Below, one piece after another: positions 18,665 through 27,470 of a DNA stretch of 64,000 bases (position 1 is the first letter of the stretch; each line of letters starts with the position of its first letter). The stretch covers positions 39,634 to 103,633 of the forward strand of contig JBFMCL010000001.1 of NCBI GenBank assembly GCA_040754395.1, in the 5' to 3' direction. Under the pieces are notes generated by a model. It did not search any database. It had not been told where the DNA came from and worked only from the letters and a program-made list of their open reading frames with translations. Origin of the DNA: Nitrospirota bacterium. Lineage in GTDB: Bacteria > Nitrospirota > Thermodesulfovibrionia > Thermodesulfovibrionales > SM23-35. A program made the position numbers and the translations under genes.

Positions 18665-20041
18665 ATGGCTGTCATATTGATAATAGATGATGAACCCCTG
18701 CAAAGGGATATCCTGAAGACGATACTTGACGATGAAGGATATGAGACTTATACCGCTGCTTCCGGTGAAGAAGGATTACGGCTTCTCGGTGAAATAAAGC
18801 CTGATGTCATACTCACTGACCTGAAGATGGAAGGCATTGATGGCATAGAATTCATCGAATCAATGCCTGATGCATACTTTACTCCTCCGGTAATCGTGAT
18901 GACCGCATACGGAACTATTTCGTCTGCCGTTGAAGCAATCAAAAAGGGGGCATTTGACTATTTTACCAAGCCGCTTGATAAGGATCTGCTCCTGATTACC
19001 GTAAAAAGGGCGGCGGAAAAAGCCGAACTGCTGAAGGAAAATCTCCAGCTTCAGAAGGCACTGTTTGACAGATTCAAAATAGAAGGCATTGTAGGCAAGT
19101 CCCGCAAAATGGTGGAAGCAATGGAGATCATGAAAAAGGTCTCCTCAAGCTCTGCAACGGTTCTCATCTTCGGGGAAAGCGGTACCGGGAAGGAGCTGGT
19201 TGCAAGGGCCATTCATTATAACAGCCAGCGGAAGGCCAGGCCCTTCTTCGCGGTAAACTGTGCGGCAATCCCGGAAAACCTCATTGAGAGTGAACTTTTC
19301 GGCTATGAACCCGGGGCCTTTACCGGTGCAACAGCAAAAAACATCGGGCTTTTTGAAGCCGCAAACGGCGGCACCATGTTCCTGGATGAGGTCGGCGACC
19401 TGCCCCCGCTGACACAATCAAAAATCCTGCGGGTACTCCAGGAAAAAGAGCTGCGCAGGCTCGGGAGCCGTGAGAATATCAAGGTGGACGTAAGGATTCT
19501 GGCAGCGACAAACAAGGATCTTGAAAAAGAAATCGCCAGCAAAAATTTCAGGGAGGATCTCTATTATCGGCTCAAGGTGATTACGATTGAACTGCCTCCC
19601 CTGCGTGAAAGAAGAGAAGATATCCCTGATCTGGTCACTTTTTTCATAAAAAAATACAATCAGGAGTTCGGCAAAAGGATTAAGGGCATCGAGGAAAACG
19701 CCCTGAAGGCGATCAGGGAATACCACTGGCCAGGAAATATACGACAACTTGAATCCGTTATTGAGCGGGCGGTCCTGATGTGCGACACTTCCAACATCAG
19801 CCTTAAGGATATCAAAAGCGAGCTGAGATTCTTTCAGGATAAGGACGTCCTCGATTTCGAACTGCCGGACGAGGGCATAGATATTGAGGAACTCGAGAAA
19901 GATCTTTTGCGGAAGGCAATGCACAAGGCAAATGGCGTCGCAGCAAAAGCAGCCAAGCTACTGGGGATGAGCTATAAGACGTTCTGGTACCGGTGGGAAA
20001 AGCTCAACCTTCAATCCCCAAAAAAGGATTCCCTTTCCTAA
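18665..20041 (+). CDS. Sigma54-dependent response regulator (NtrC family)
   Basis: REC domain (DLKMEGIDG). AAA+ domain with Walker A GESGTGKE and the sigma54-contact GAFTGA loop (EPGAFTGAT). C-terminal Fis-type HTH. The ATG at 18665, 5 nt after GGAGGA, is preferred over the GTG at 18644. Confidence 0.92.
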   Translation: MAVILIIDDEPLQRDILKTILDDEGYETYTAASGEEGLRLLGEIKPDVILTDLKMEGIDGIEFIESMPDAYFTPPVIVMTAYGTISSAVEAIKKGAFDYFTKPLDKDLLLITVKRAAEKAELLKENLQLQKALFDRFKIEGIVGKSRKMVEAMEIMKKVSSSSATVLIFGESGTGKELVARAIHYNSQRKARPFFAVNCAAIPENLIESELFGYEPGAFTGATAKNIGLFEAANGGTMFLDEVGDLPPLTQSKILRVLQEKELRRLGSRENIKVDVRILAATNKDLEKEIASKNFREDLYYRLKVITIELPPLRERREDIPDLVTFFIKKYNQEFGKRIKGIEENALKAIREYHWPGNIRQLESVIERAVLMCDTSNISLKDIKSELRFFQDKDVLDFELPDEGIDIEELEKDLLRKAMHKANGVAAKAAKLLGMSYKTFWYRWEKLNLQSPKKDSLS

Positions 20042-20093
20042 AAGAGGAAGAGGAGATATTCCACCTTCCGTTATTTATAAGCCTTTTCCCCCC

Positions 20094-20108
20094 TGGCATG
20101 CAGCTTGC
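20094..20108 (+). promoter_or_regulatory. Sigma54 (-24/-12) promoter
   Basis: TGGCATGCAGCTTGC fits TGGCAC-N5-TTGC with the correct GG-N10-GC spacing. It lies 73 nt upstream of the ATG at 20181 and immediately downstream of the sigma54 activator gene. Confidence 0.75.
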
Positions 20109-20180
20109 TATCCTCCTTCCTGCTGAAATCATTGATTGCAGATGCTCAGTACACACGACAATTGAAAGGAGGTGATTTTG

Positions 20181-20615
20181 ATGAAGAAAGCAGTCGCGAT
20201 TATCGTTTCAGTCCTCTTCGTATTTGCCATTACCTCAGTGTCCTTCGCAACAGAGAAGGCTGCCTCTGCTCCGGCAGAGAAGAAAGCGGCCCCTGTAACG
20301 ATGGAGGAGAAGAAGGCCCCTGCAAAGATCAAGCAGGTCACCGGTCCGGTCACCGCAATTGATGCAAAGGCCAAGACAATCACCATCAAAGGCAGAAAAG
20401 GCGATGTCACAGTCAGCACCGATGACAAGACAAAGGTTGTAATTGGCAAGGATGCGAAGACAGTCGGTGATGTGAAGACTGGAGACAAGGTAACGGCGAA
20501 ATATTCAGAGGCTGACGGCAAGAATGTAGCAAAAAGTATTGCCATTAAGCCAGCAGTGACCGCAGTGCCTGCCGAGAAAAAGACCGAGGCACCGAAGCCG
20601 GCAGAAAAAAGATAA
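20181..20615 (+). CDS. Small secreted Lys/Ala-rich protein with a central beta-rich (OB/CusF-like?) domain
   Basis: 144 aa from the ATG at 20181 (AAGGAGG SD 8 nt upstream). Signal peptide MKKAVAIIVSVLFVFAITSVSFA. Low-complexity AEKKAAP tails flank GPVTAIDAKAKTITIKGRKGDVTVSTDDKTKVVIGKDAKTVGDVKTGDKVTAKY. Confidence 0.7.
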   Translation: MKKAVAIIVSVLFVFAITSVSFATEKAASAPAEKKAAPVTMEEKKAPAKIKQVTGPVTAIDAKAKTITIKGRKGDVTVSTDDKTKVVIGKDAKTVGDVKTGDKVTAKYSEADGKNVAKSIAIKPAVTAVPAEKKTEAPKPAEKR

Positions 20616-20632
20616 TACTTGCCTTACAGAAA

Positions 20633-20663
20633 ATAGGGCACTGAAAAAGTGCCCTATTTTTTT
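20633..20663. terminator. Bidirectional intrinsic terminator between convergent genes
   Basis: Stem ATAGGGCAC (20633-20641) / GTGCCCTAT (20649-20657), followed by TTTTTT on the plus strand and preceded by AAAA. It overlaps the stop of the minus-strand gene. Confidence 0.8.
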
Positions 20664-21562
20664 CTTGCCGATTTCACCTTCTCAACGGTGTCCCGGACAC
20701 GGTACTCATAAAAAACATGGAGCTTGTTCAGCACTTCCGGATATCTCTCAAACACATCCTCCAGAAGCGGTTTGTTGAACTCAAGGATTTCTATACTCCC
20801 CGAAGCAAATACAGAGGCTGTTCTCGGTCTTCCGGTCAGAAAAGCAACTTCACCAAATACATCACCGGGGGAAAGGGTTGCGAGCTGAATCTCCCTGCCG
20901 AACATACGCGTAACAACAATCGCATGTCCTGACTTAATAAGGAAAACGGCGTCTCCCGAATCTCCTTCTTCTATGATGCAGTATCCGGAAGGATAATTCC
21001 GCGGGCTGGCTTTTTCGATCAACCGTATTATTTCTTCAGGCGGCAGCGAATCGAATACTGCGGGGATATAGAATGTCTCTTCCTGCCGTACATCGTCAGC
21101 GTCTGATGCTGCCGGTTCAGGTTTGATAAAGCGGTCCTGCAACTCCTCCTCTTCTCCCGGTACAAGCGGCAGCCCCTTTTCTTCCTCAGGTTTCTCTTCG
21201 TCAGACTGGGCAGCGGCAGAAAAATGCCACGCACTCTTCTGTCCCGCAACCTCTGCTTCCAGCATCAGTTCCCGTGACAGCTTCAATGCCTCTTCGTTCT
21301 CAGGATCGATCCTGAGGATTATCTTGTAGAGGGCAATTGCCCTGTGCAGGAAACCCTGCTTCTTGAGAAGCCATGCGGACCTGTGATAGGCCGAAACAGC
21401 ATCAACTGTCTTCCCCATCCGCTGATAGATATCCCCGAGTTTCAGTTCAACCCTAGGATTGGCCTTTTCAATCACCGTCAGACGCTGCAGACATGCTTTT
21501 GCCTGTCCCCAATCCTGCTTCTTCACTGCGTTATAGTACAGTTCCCAGAATTTTTCGCTCAT
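20654..21562 (-). CDS. TPR-repeat protein with C-terminal cyclic-nucleotide-binding domain
   Basis: N-terminal TPR-like helices, an acidic linker, and a cNMP-binding motif FGEVAFLTGRPRTASV. The ATG at 21562 (GGAGAG SD) is preferred to the TTG at 21577. Confidence 0.8.
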   Translation of the reverse strand: MSEKFWELYYNAVKKQDWGQAKACLQRLTVIEKANPRVELKLGDIYQRMGKTVDAVSAYHRSAWLLKKQGFLHRAIALYKIILRIDPENEEALKLSRELMLEAEVAGQKSAWHFSAAAQSDEEKPEEEKGLPLVPGEEEELQDRFIKPEPAASDADDVRQEETFYIPAVFDSLPPEEIIRLIEKASPRNYPSGYCIIEEGDSGDAVFLIKSGHAIVVTRMFGREIQLATLSPGDVFGEVAFLTGRPRTASVFASGSIEILEFNKPLLEDVFERYPEVLNKLHVFYEYRVRDTVEKVKSARKK

Positions 21563-21664
21563 GGCATCTCTCCGCAAAACTTCATATACCCGGTTATCAC
21601 ACCCTTCATATTTTCTCTCTGGCTATAGTATATAATATACAATTCAAGAAACCAGGAGGCAGCA

Positions 21665-22837
21665 TTGAAAAAAAAGATGACTTTTAAACTTTCTTCCCGA
21701 ATACAACATCTCCCTCCGTACCTCTTCGCATCCATAGATAAAATGAAGCATAACGCACTTGCAAAGGGTATTGACCTTATAGACCTGAGCATCGGTGACC
21801 CTGACATCCCGACTCCGTCCCCCATCGTCAACGCAATGAAGAAGGCTGTCGCAAAACCTGTTCATCACCGTTATCCGTCTTACGAGGGAATGATCTCCTA
21901 CCGTGAAGCAGTCGCCGGATGGTATAAAAAACGGTTCAATGTCAGGCTTGATCCCGTTGCAGAGGTCCTCTCCCTTATCGGCTCAAAAGAAGGCATCGGG
22001 CATATGCCACTGGCGTTTGTAAACCCCGGAGACACGGTTCTCGTTCCTTCACCGGGGTATCCCGTATATTCCATCGGCACTCTTTTTGCGGGTGGAGAGA
22101 GTTACTTTATGCCGCTCACGGAAGAAAACAGATTCCTGCCTGATCTGGATGCGATACCGAAAAAAATATTGCAGAAAGCCAAGCTCATCTTTATTAACTA
22201 TCCCAACAATCCAACTGCAGCCACTGCACCCAGGGAATTCTTCGAGGAAATCATCAGGATTGCCCTCAGATACAATATCATTGTCTGCCACGACGCCTCG
22301 TACACAGAGATCTACTATGAAAGAAAGCCCCTGAGCTTTATGCAGATCCCCGGAGCAAAAGACGTTGGGATCGAATTCCATTCTCTGTCCAAAACCTATA
22401 ACATGACCGGCTGGAGGATAGGGTTTGCCGTTGGAAACAGTGAGATTCTTGCAGGTCTCGGAAAAATAAAGACCAATCTTGATTCAGGAGTATTTCAGGC
22501 AATACAGGAAGCAGCCATAGTTGCACTGGATATGCACCAAGAAAGCCTCCAGCGGATAAGAAAAATCTATCAGCAGAGACGCGATGTCATGTATGGCGGA
22601 CTGAAGAAAATCGGGATGCAGCTCATGAAACCAAATGCCACATTTTATATTTGGGGAAAGGTACCCGGTCGCTTTGATTCCATGAGCTTTGTATCCCATA
22701 TGCTGGACACGGCAGGGGTGCTCGCGACCCCTGGCAACGGATTTGGTGCTGCAGGAGAAGGATATGTGAGATTCGCCCTCACAGCCAAAGCTGACAGAAT
22801 ACAGGAAGCGGTCAACAGAATCGAAAAGATCCTGTAG
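21665..22837 (+). CDS. dapL: Class I/II aminotransferase, LL-diaminopimelate aminotransferase-like
   Basis: 390 aa with the PLP-lysine motif SKTYNMTGWRIG. The N-terminal LPPYLFASID and DLSIGDPDIPTP resemble DapL. The TTG at 21665 is 5 nt after AGGAGG; the alternative ATG is at 21677. Confidence 0.7.
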   Translation: MKKKMTFKLSSRIQHLPPYLFASIDKMKHNALAKGIDLIDLSIGDPDIPTPSPIVNAMKKAVAKPVHHRYPSYEGMISYREAVAGWYKKRFNVRLDPVAEVLSLIGSKEGIGHMPLAFVNPGDTVLVPSPGYPVYSIGTLFAGGESYFMPLTEENRFLPDLDAIPKKILQKAKLIFINYPNNPTAATAPREFFEEIIRIALRYNIIVCHDASYTEIYYERKPLSFMQIPGAKDVGIEFHSLSKTYNMTGWRIGFAVGNSEILAGLGKIKTNLDSGVFQAIQEAAIVALDMHQESLQRIRKIYQQRRDVMYGGLKKIGMQLMKPNATFYIWGKVPGRFDSMSFVSHMLDTAGVLATPGNGFGAAGEGYVRFALTAKADRIQEAVNRIEKIL

Positions 22838-22853
22838 GGCTCTTGCATCCTCA

Positions 22854-22874
22854 CAGGAGGCGTAACGCCTCCTG
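22854..22874 (+). terminator. Hairpin after dapL (no U-tract)
   Basis: CAGGAGGCG-TAA-CGCCTCCTG, a 9-bp perfect stem 17 nt after the stop. It lacks a T-run, so terminator function is uncertain. Confidence 0.35.
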
Positions 22875-22988
22875 CGCTCAGGAACAGGAAATAACCAATG
22901 GCGCTTGTCCAGCGATTCTTTAACTGTCCGGATTTTCGATGAATTTTTCCTGGTTCAGGGTTTTTCCGATTGCTTTTTTTTGCGCGAA

Positions 22989-23456
22989 ATGTCTATTGTA
23001 TATTTAGGTATCGGTTCAAACCTCGGAAACAGAGAAAAAAACTGTCTTCATTCCATAGAGCTTCTTCAAAATAGGGGGGTATCCGTCAGGAAGAGGTCTT
23101 CCATGCATGAGACAGCACCATGGGGAGTGGAAAATCAGCCTCCGTACCTGAACATGGCAATAGAAGTCGAGACAGAACTCGGGCCTGAAGCCCTTCTGCA
23201 TGTTTTGCAGGACATTGAATCTGAAGTTGGCCGTGCAAAAACATACCGATGGGGTCCGCGCGTTCTTGACCTTGATATACTGCTCTTCAATCAGCTTGTG
23301 ATGAACACTGAAGAGCTGACAATTCCCCACCCGTATATGCACCAGAGGGTTTTTGTCCTGAGGCCGCTGAATGAGATTGCCCCTGGTGTGAAGCACCCGT
23401 TGCTCCAATCAAGCATCAGCGAGTTACTGAAGAAGGCTGAAAGCAGGTCATCCTGA
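22989..23456 (+). CDS. folK: 2-amino-4-hydroxy-6-hydroxymethyldihydropteridine pyrophosphokinase (HPPK)
   Basis: Starts MSIVYLGIGSNLGNRE and has WGPRVLDLDILLF and IPHP motifs. The ATG at 22989 is chosen because HPPKs begin at the GxGSN motif. The ORF-track TTG at 22905 adds 28 unrelated residues. Confidence 0.85.
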   Translation: MSIVYLGIGSNLGNREKNCLHSIELLQNRGVSVRKRSSMHETAPWGVENQPPYLNMAIEVETELGPEALLHVLQDIESEVGRAKTYRWGPRVLDLDILLFNQLVMNTEELTIPHPYMHQRVFVLRPLNEIAPGVKHPLLQSSISELLKKAESRSS

Positions 23457-23460
23457 AGGT

Positions 23461-25458
23461 ATGGAGTTCCCTGATATTGATAGTATTTCCTCGTTCCAGA
23501 TACATCTGTCCAAACTTACAGGGTTTCATCTTTCGATCTACGGCCTGAACGGCAATCTTGTGCTCCCGCCGGCACAGGAAAGCCGCCTGCTTACTGCGAT
23601 AAGGTCAACCCTTAAGGGGAGAGACGACTTCCATGCCTTTATAAAAAGGCATATTGAAAAGACCTCGTACCGGAACACTATTTCTTTCTTCAAGGGTCCT
23701 GCGAACCAGTATTATTTCTTTGCCCCGCTTCGCATTGAAAAAACAATCTTTATCCTGACAGGGAGCGGAGGATTCATCTCTCTCCAGGATTTCGAGGAGT
23801 TTTACAAAACAGATGGTCCTTCATACGGTCTGCTGCAAAGGCATATGAAATCCTGGTATCCTGAGATCACGGTAAGGGAATATCCGGAATTTCAGCAGAC
23901 CGCCCGGCATATCCATGGCATCTTCAGGCTCGTTCTCGGAAACAGCCACAGACTGTCCGTGCAGGAAAAAAGATACCGTCTGATGAAAACCATCCTCAGC
24001 CTGATCGCGGATATGAAACCGGGGCAGCATCCTGATGACATTCGTGACCTCCTGATAGATGTCATCCTTTTCCTGTTCAGTGCCGAGAGCGTCTCCGTCA
24101 TGTCAAGGGAAAAAGACGTATTCATCCCGATAAAGGCCGCCGGCAGATTCAGGGATCACCTGCAGGCAATGCCGATCAGGATCACAGGGATTATGTCAGA
24201 CTTTCCTGAAAAAAAGACCCGCGTACACACGGACAACGTTCTTGACCTTCTGCGGATGGGTTTTCCCGATGACGTCACATCCTTTCATGCATTTCCCATC
24301 ATATCTGATGACAGCGTTACCGGCCTGCTGGGCATTCTGAATTCTGATATCAGCCAGGAGGATGCGGACATTCTTCTGGTCATCTGCAGGGTAGCTGGTT
24401 TTGTTCTGAGCCTTACAGAACTTCACGCGCTTCACAACAGATACATGAAAGAGACGGATGCGCTCAATTCTGCTGCACGGCGTCTCAATGAGATTAAGGA
24501 GCCGGAAATGTTGTATGAGGCAATCCTTGATGCATCAGTCGGTCTTACGGCAGCAGAGAAGGGATCCCTGATGCTGGCCGAAGACAATACCTCATGCCTG
24601 ACTATCAAGGCTGCACGAGGAATCCACAAGAGACTTTACAGTGAAGTGAAAATCCAGGCAGGTGAAGGGATTGCGGGTAAAGTATTCAGTGAAGGGATCC
24701 CGCTCGTGGTTGATGACATAGAAAGAAAAGATCTTGGGCTCCAGAAAAAAAGACCGAAATACCGCACAGGATCGTTTATCAGTATTCCGCTGAAATCCGG
24801 AGAAAAGACGATCGGGGTGCTCAATATTTCTGACAAGATTACAGGGGAGATTTTTTCCCATGAGGATCTGTCAGTACTCTGCGCCTTTGCCTCCTATGCG
24901 TCGATCGCCCTCGAACGGTCAAATTATTACAGCCTCGCAGGTCACCTGAAGGAGCTTTCCATCACTGATCCCCTTACGGGGCTTTTCAACAGGAGGTATT
25001 TTGAAGAGCGTTTTTTTGAAGAACTTCACCGTTCAGAGCGTCACACATTGTCCTTTTCCTTAGCTATGCTGGACATCGATGACTTTAAACTCTTTAATGA
25101 TACAGAAGGCCATCTTGCAGGTGATGAGGTATTGAAACATATTGCGAACATCGCAAAGGATTGTCTCAGGGTCAGCGATGTTTTTGCACGATTCGGCGGG
25201 GAGGAATTCGCGATAATCATGCCCCAGACAGAAAAAGAAGAGGCATTCTCTGTTGCCGAGAGAATACGGCAGTCTATCAAAGAACAGTTGCCCAAAACCT
25301 GGAAAACCTTTCCAAGAGACAATATCACCATCAGCATCGGGCTTGCGACTTTCCCCTTTGACGGGAAAGACCGCAAGGAGCTCATCCGCAATGCTGACAG
25401 GGCACTCTACAGAAGCAAAATGGAGGGAAAGGACAGAACGGTGGTATGCAGCAGTTAG
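23461..25458 (+). CDS. Diguanylate cyclase with N-terminal PocR-like and GAF sensor domains
   Basis: 665 aa with GAF-like segments. The GGDEF domain has an active-site GGEEF and an RxxD I-site exactly 5 residues upstream (RVSDVFARFGGEEF). Confidence 0.85.
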   Translation: MEFPDIDSISSFQIHLSKLTGFHLSIYGLNGNLVLPPAQESRLLTAIRSTLKGRDDFHAFIKRHIEKTSYRNTISFFKGPANQYYFFAPLRIEKTIFILTGSGGFISLQDFEEFYKTDGPSYGLLQRHMKSWYPEITVREYPEFQQTARHIHGIFRLVLGNSHRLSVQEKRYRLMKTILSLIADMKPGQHPDDIRDLLIDVILFLFSAESVSVMSREKDVFIPIKAAGRFRDHLQAMPIRITGIMSDFPEKKTRVHTDNVLDLLRMGFPDDVTSFHAFPIISDDSVTGLLGILNSDISQEDADILLVICRVAGFVLSLTELHALHNRYMKETDALNSAARRLNEIKEPEMLYEAILDASVGLTAAEKGSLMLAEDNTSCLTIKAARGIHKRLYSEVKIQAGEGIAGKVFSEGIPLVVDDIERKDLGLQKKRPKYRTGSFISIPLKSGEKTIGVLNISDKITGEIFSHEDLSVLCAFASYASIALERSNYYSLAGHLKELSITDPLTGLFNRRYFEERFFEELHRSERHTLSFSLAMLDIDDFKLFNDTEGHLAGDEVLKHIANIAKDCLRVSDVFARFGGEEFAIIMPQTEKEEAFSVAERIRQSIKEQLPKTWKTFPRDNITISIGLATFPFDGKDRKELIRNADRALYRSKMEGKDRTVVCSS

Positions 25459-25462
25459 GGGA

Positions 25463-26074
25463 TTACCCTTTTTTCACAAACTCGGCAAACCGTTTCAGGA
25501 TCTTAAGCCCGTTTTCCTGACTTTTCTCAGGATGGAATTGTGTGGCAAAAATATTCTCCTTCCATATCATTGAGGTAAAGGTTACCCCGTAATCAGTAGT
25601 CGTTGCGATAACGTTCCTGTCTTCTGGCACAACATAATAAGAATGGACAAAATAGAAGAACGATTCATCGCTGATTCCGTTCATGACAGGCGGTTTTCTC
25701 AGAAATTTCACCGTGTTCCACCCCATATGAGGGACTTTCAGATCCGCCTGAAACCTCACAACCCTGCCCGGCAGGATATCCAGGCCCCTGTAAACCCCGA
25801 ATTCCTCCGATTCAGTAAACAGAATCTGAAGCCCCAGACATATTCCGAGATAGGGTTTCCCTTTGCGGATCGCTGTCACCACTGGATCGAGAAGTGACAT
25901 CTCCCCGAGATTTTTCATGCAGTCCCTGAACGCTCCGACACCGGGAAGCACAATGGCTCCGGCATCATCAACCGCTTTCGGTTCCGTAACAATCTTTACA
26001 TCGGCGCCGACCTTGAGAAATCCCTTCTCGACACTCCTCAGGTTTCCCATTCCGTAATCGATAATCGCAATCAT
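25463..26074 (-). CDS. hisH: Imidazole glycerol phosphate synthase glutamine amidotransferase subunit HisH (orphan)
   Basis: 203 aa class-I GATase with GICLGLQ nucleophile elbow, HMGWN and a His-Glu end (FHPEKS). No other his genes in the window. Confidence 0.85.
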   Translation of the reverse strand: MIAIIDYGMGNLRSVEKGFLKVGADVKIVTEPKAVDDAGAIVLPGVGAFRDCMKNLGEMSLLDPVVTAIRKGKPYLGICLGLQILFTESEEFGVYRGLDILPGRVVRFQADLKVPHMGWNTVKFLRKPPVMNGISDESFFYFVHSYYVVPEDRNVIATTTDYGVTFTSMIWKENIFATQFHPEKSQENGLKILKRFAEFVKKG

Positions 26075-26100
26075 AGGCTGTTATTATACAATAAATATCT

Positions 26101-26113
26101 TGCCGGCATTTTT
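26101..26113. repeat. Copy 1 of 13-nt direct repeat TGCCGGCATTTTT (contains palindrome TGCCGGCA)
   Basis: Exact match to 26247-26259. Both copies lie in the divergent hisH / che-operon control region. Confidence 0.9.
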
Positions 26114-26141
26114 CCAATGGCTCCGTGAAACGGAACCTTCA

Positions 26142-26171
26142 TTGACACTCTATAATTTTCCTTGATATACT
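26142..26171 (+). promoter_or_regulatory. Candidate sigma70 promoter of the chemosensory operon
   Basis: TTGACA (26142-26147), an 18-nt spacer, then TATACT (26166-26171). About 140 nt upstream of the ATG at 26310, in an AT-rich tract. Confidence 0.4.
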
Positions 26172-26246
26172 CGATTATAATTCATAATTATTAACATATA
26201 AACCTGCACTGAATGAGGTCATTACTGTTAAACGCCCTTATTCGAC

Positions 26247-26259
26247 TGCCGGCATTTTT
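26247..26259. repeat. Copy 2 of 13-nt direct repeat TGCCGGCATTTTT
   Basis: Exact match to 26101-26113. It lies in the predicted 5' UTR of the first che-operon gene. Confidence 0.9.
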
Positions 26260-26309
26260 AGGTTACCGTTTCAGAAAACGGAGAAGATCCCGGAGGTATG
26301 TGAACACAC

Positions 26310-27434
26310 ATGAGTCTTGTAGGAAGGCTTGAAGACCTCGCCCTTTCAGATATCTTTCAGATACTCAGCATCGGGAAAAAAACCGGGATTCTCATTCTGA
26401 AGGGGAGCCGGGGCAATGCCCTGGTCACTTTCAGGAACGGTCTGGTGGTAAGGGCAGAGACGAGCGATATTGAGAGAAACCTCGCCGAAGACCTGCTGAA
26501 TGCAGGCATTATCAAAGACACCATATATAACCTTGCTGCTGAAGTCAAAAAAACCCTCCCCTCGAAGTCCTATCCGGAGATACTGTACGAGCTCGGCTCG
26601 GCAAACAGGGAAACACTCGAAAAAACAACAAAAAAGAGGATAGAAAGAGTTATTTGTCAGCTCCTGTACTGGCATGATGGTGATTTCCAGTTTGAACTGG
26701 ATGATACAGACCCTGCGGGGAAGGTCGATATCCCTGATCTTGGATGGGAACTCTCGAAAGGGATGAGTCCGGAATATCTGCTGATGGAAGGCGCGAGGGT
26801 TCAGGACGAATCCTCCCAGACTGCCTCAGGTCAACAGAGAGAACTGGGCGACCTGAGAGAAGGCGAAGATATTTGGGAGGAAGACTGGGATATCCAGCCG
26901 ACGACGGAGAGGAAAGATATCTCTTCTCTGAAATCGCTGACCCAGGAACTGAGATTCCCGAATTCGACGTCAGAAATAACCCTGTTGATATTGCGATTCG
27001 CGAGTGACATATTCCAGAGAGGCGTCCTGTTCATGGTTGGCGATACGGAAATAGTCGGTCTCGGGCAATTTGGACTTACCATTGAGAGGCCTGACGAAAA
27101 AATCAGAGGGATCACGCTCCACTACAGTGAAAGCGTGACTCTCAAGAAGATCATATCAGAAAAACGTCCTTACAGAGGCATTCTCGAAAAAGACCCGATC
27201 ACCGAGTTCTTCATCAATGAAATAGGCGGAGGATGGCCGGATGAAGCAGTAATGTTCCCGTTAATAGCGGAAGGACGGGTTGTCGCCCTTCTCTATTGCG
27301 ACAACATCATGTCCGGTGAGACGATCGGGGAGACAGAAGGGCTCGAGATTTTCATAGATCAGGCCGGAATGGCCCTTGAAAAGTCTCTGCTCCAGAGAAG
27401 GCTGCAGGAGATGGAAAAAAAGTCACAACGGTAA
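26310..27434 (+). CDS. DUF4388/PATAN-like N-terminal domain protein with C-terminal GAF-like domain
   Basis: 374 aa. The N-terminus GRLEDLALSDIFQILSIGKKTGILILKG is the hallmark DUF4388 start. The C-terminal half (roughly the last 150 aa) is GAF-like (VVALLYCDN...GLEIFIDQAGMALE). Confidence 0.7.
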   Translation: MSLVGRLEDLALSDIFQILSIGKKTGILILKGSRGNALVTFRNGLVVRAETSDIERNLAEDLLNAGIIKDTIYNLAAEVKKTLPSKSYPEILYELGSANRETLEKTTKKRIERVICQLLYWHDGDFQFELDDTDPAGKVDIPDLGWELSKGMSPEYLLMEGARVQDESSQTASGQQRELGDLREGEDIWEEDWDIQPTTERKDISSLKSLTQELRFPNSTSEITLLILRFASDIFQRGVLFMVGDTEIVGLGQFGLTIERPDEKIRGITLHYSESVTLKKIISEKRPYRGILEKDPITEFFINEIGGGWPDEAVMFPLIAEGRVVALLYCDNIMSGETIGETEGLEIFIDQAGMALEKSLLQRRLQEMEKKSQR

Positions 27435-27470
27435 TGTTTTTTTTGTTTTAATCTGATAAAATTTAAAAAT

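Noticed and set aside
20129-20545. 138-aa minus-strand ORF opposite the small secreted protein.
   Set aside because: The plus-strand gene has a strong SD, a signal peptide, a sigma54 promoter and a terminator. The minus ORF is the low-complexity mirror of an Ala/Lys-rich sequence.
26142-26156. TTGACA followed closely by TATAAT upstream of the che operon. There is a similar TTGACA/TATAAT pair at 56236-56254 upstream of qmoA.
   Set aside because: The hexamer spacings are only 3 nt and 7 nt, which is incompatible with a -35/-10 pair. The alternative pairings are reported as features instead: TTGACA-18-TATACT, and the extended -10 TGATATAAT.
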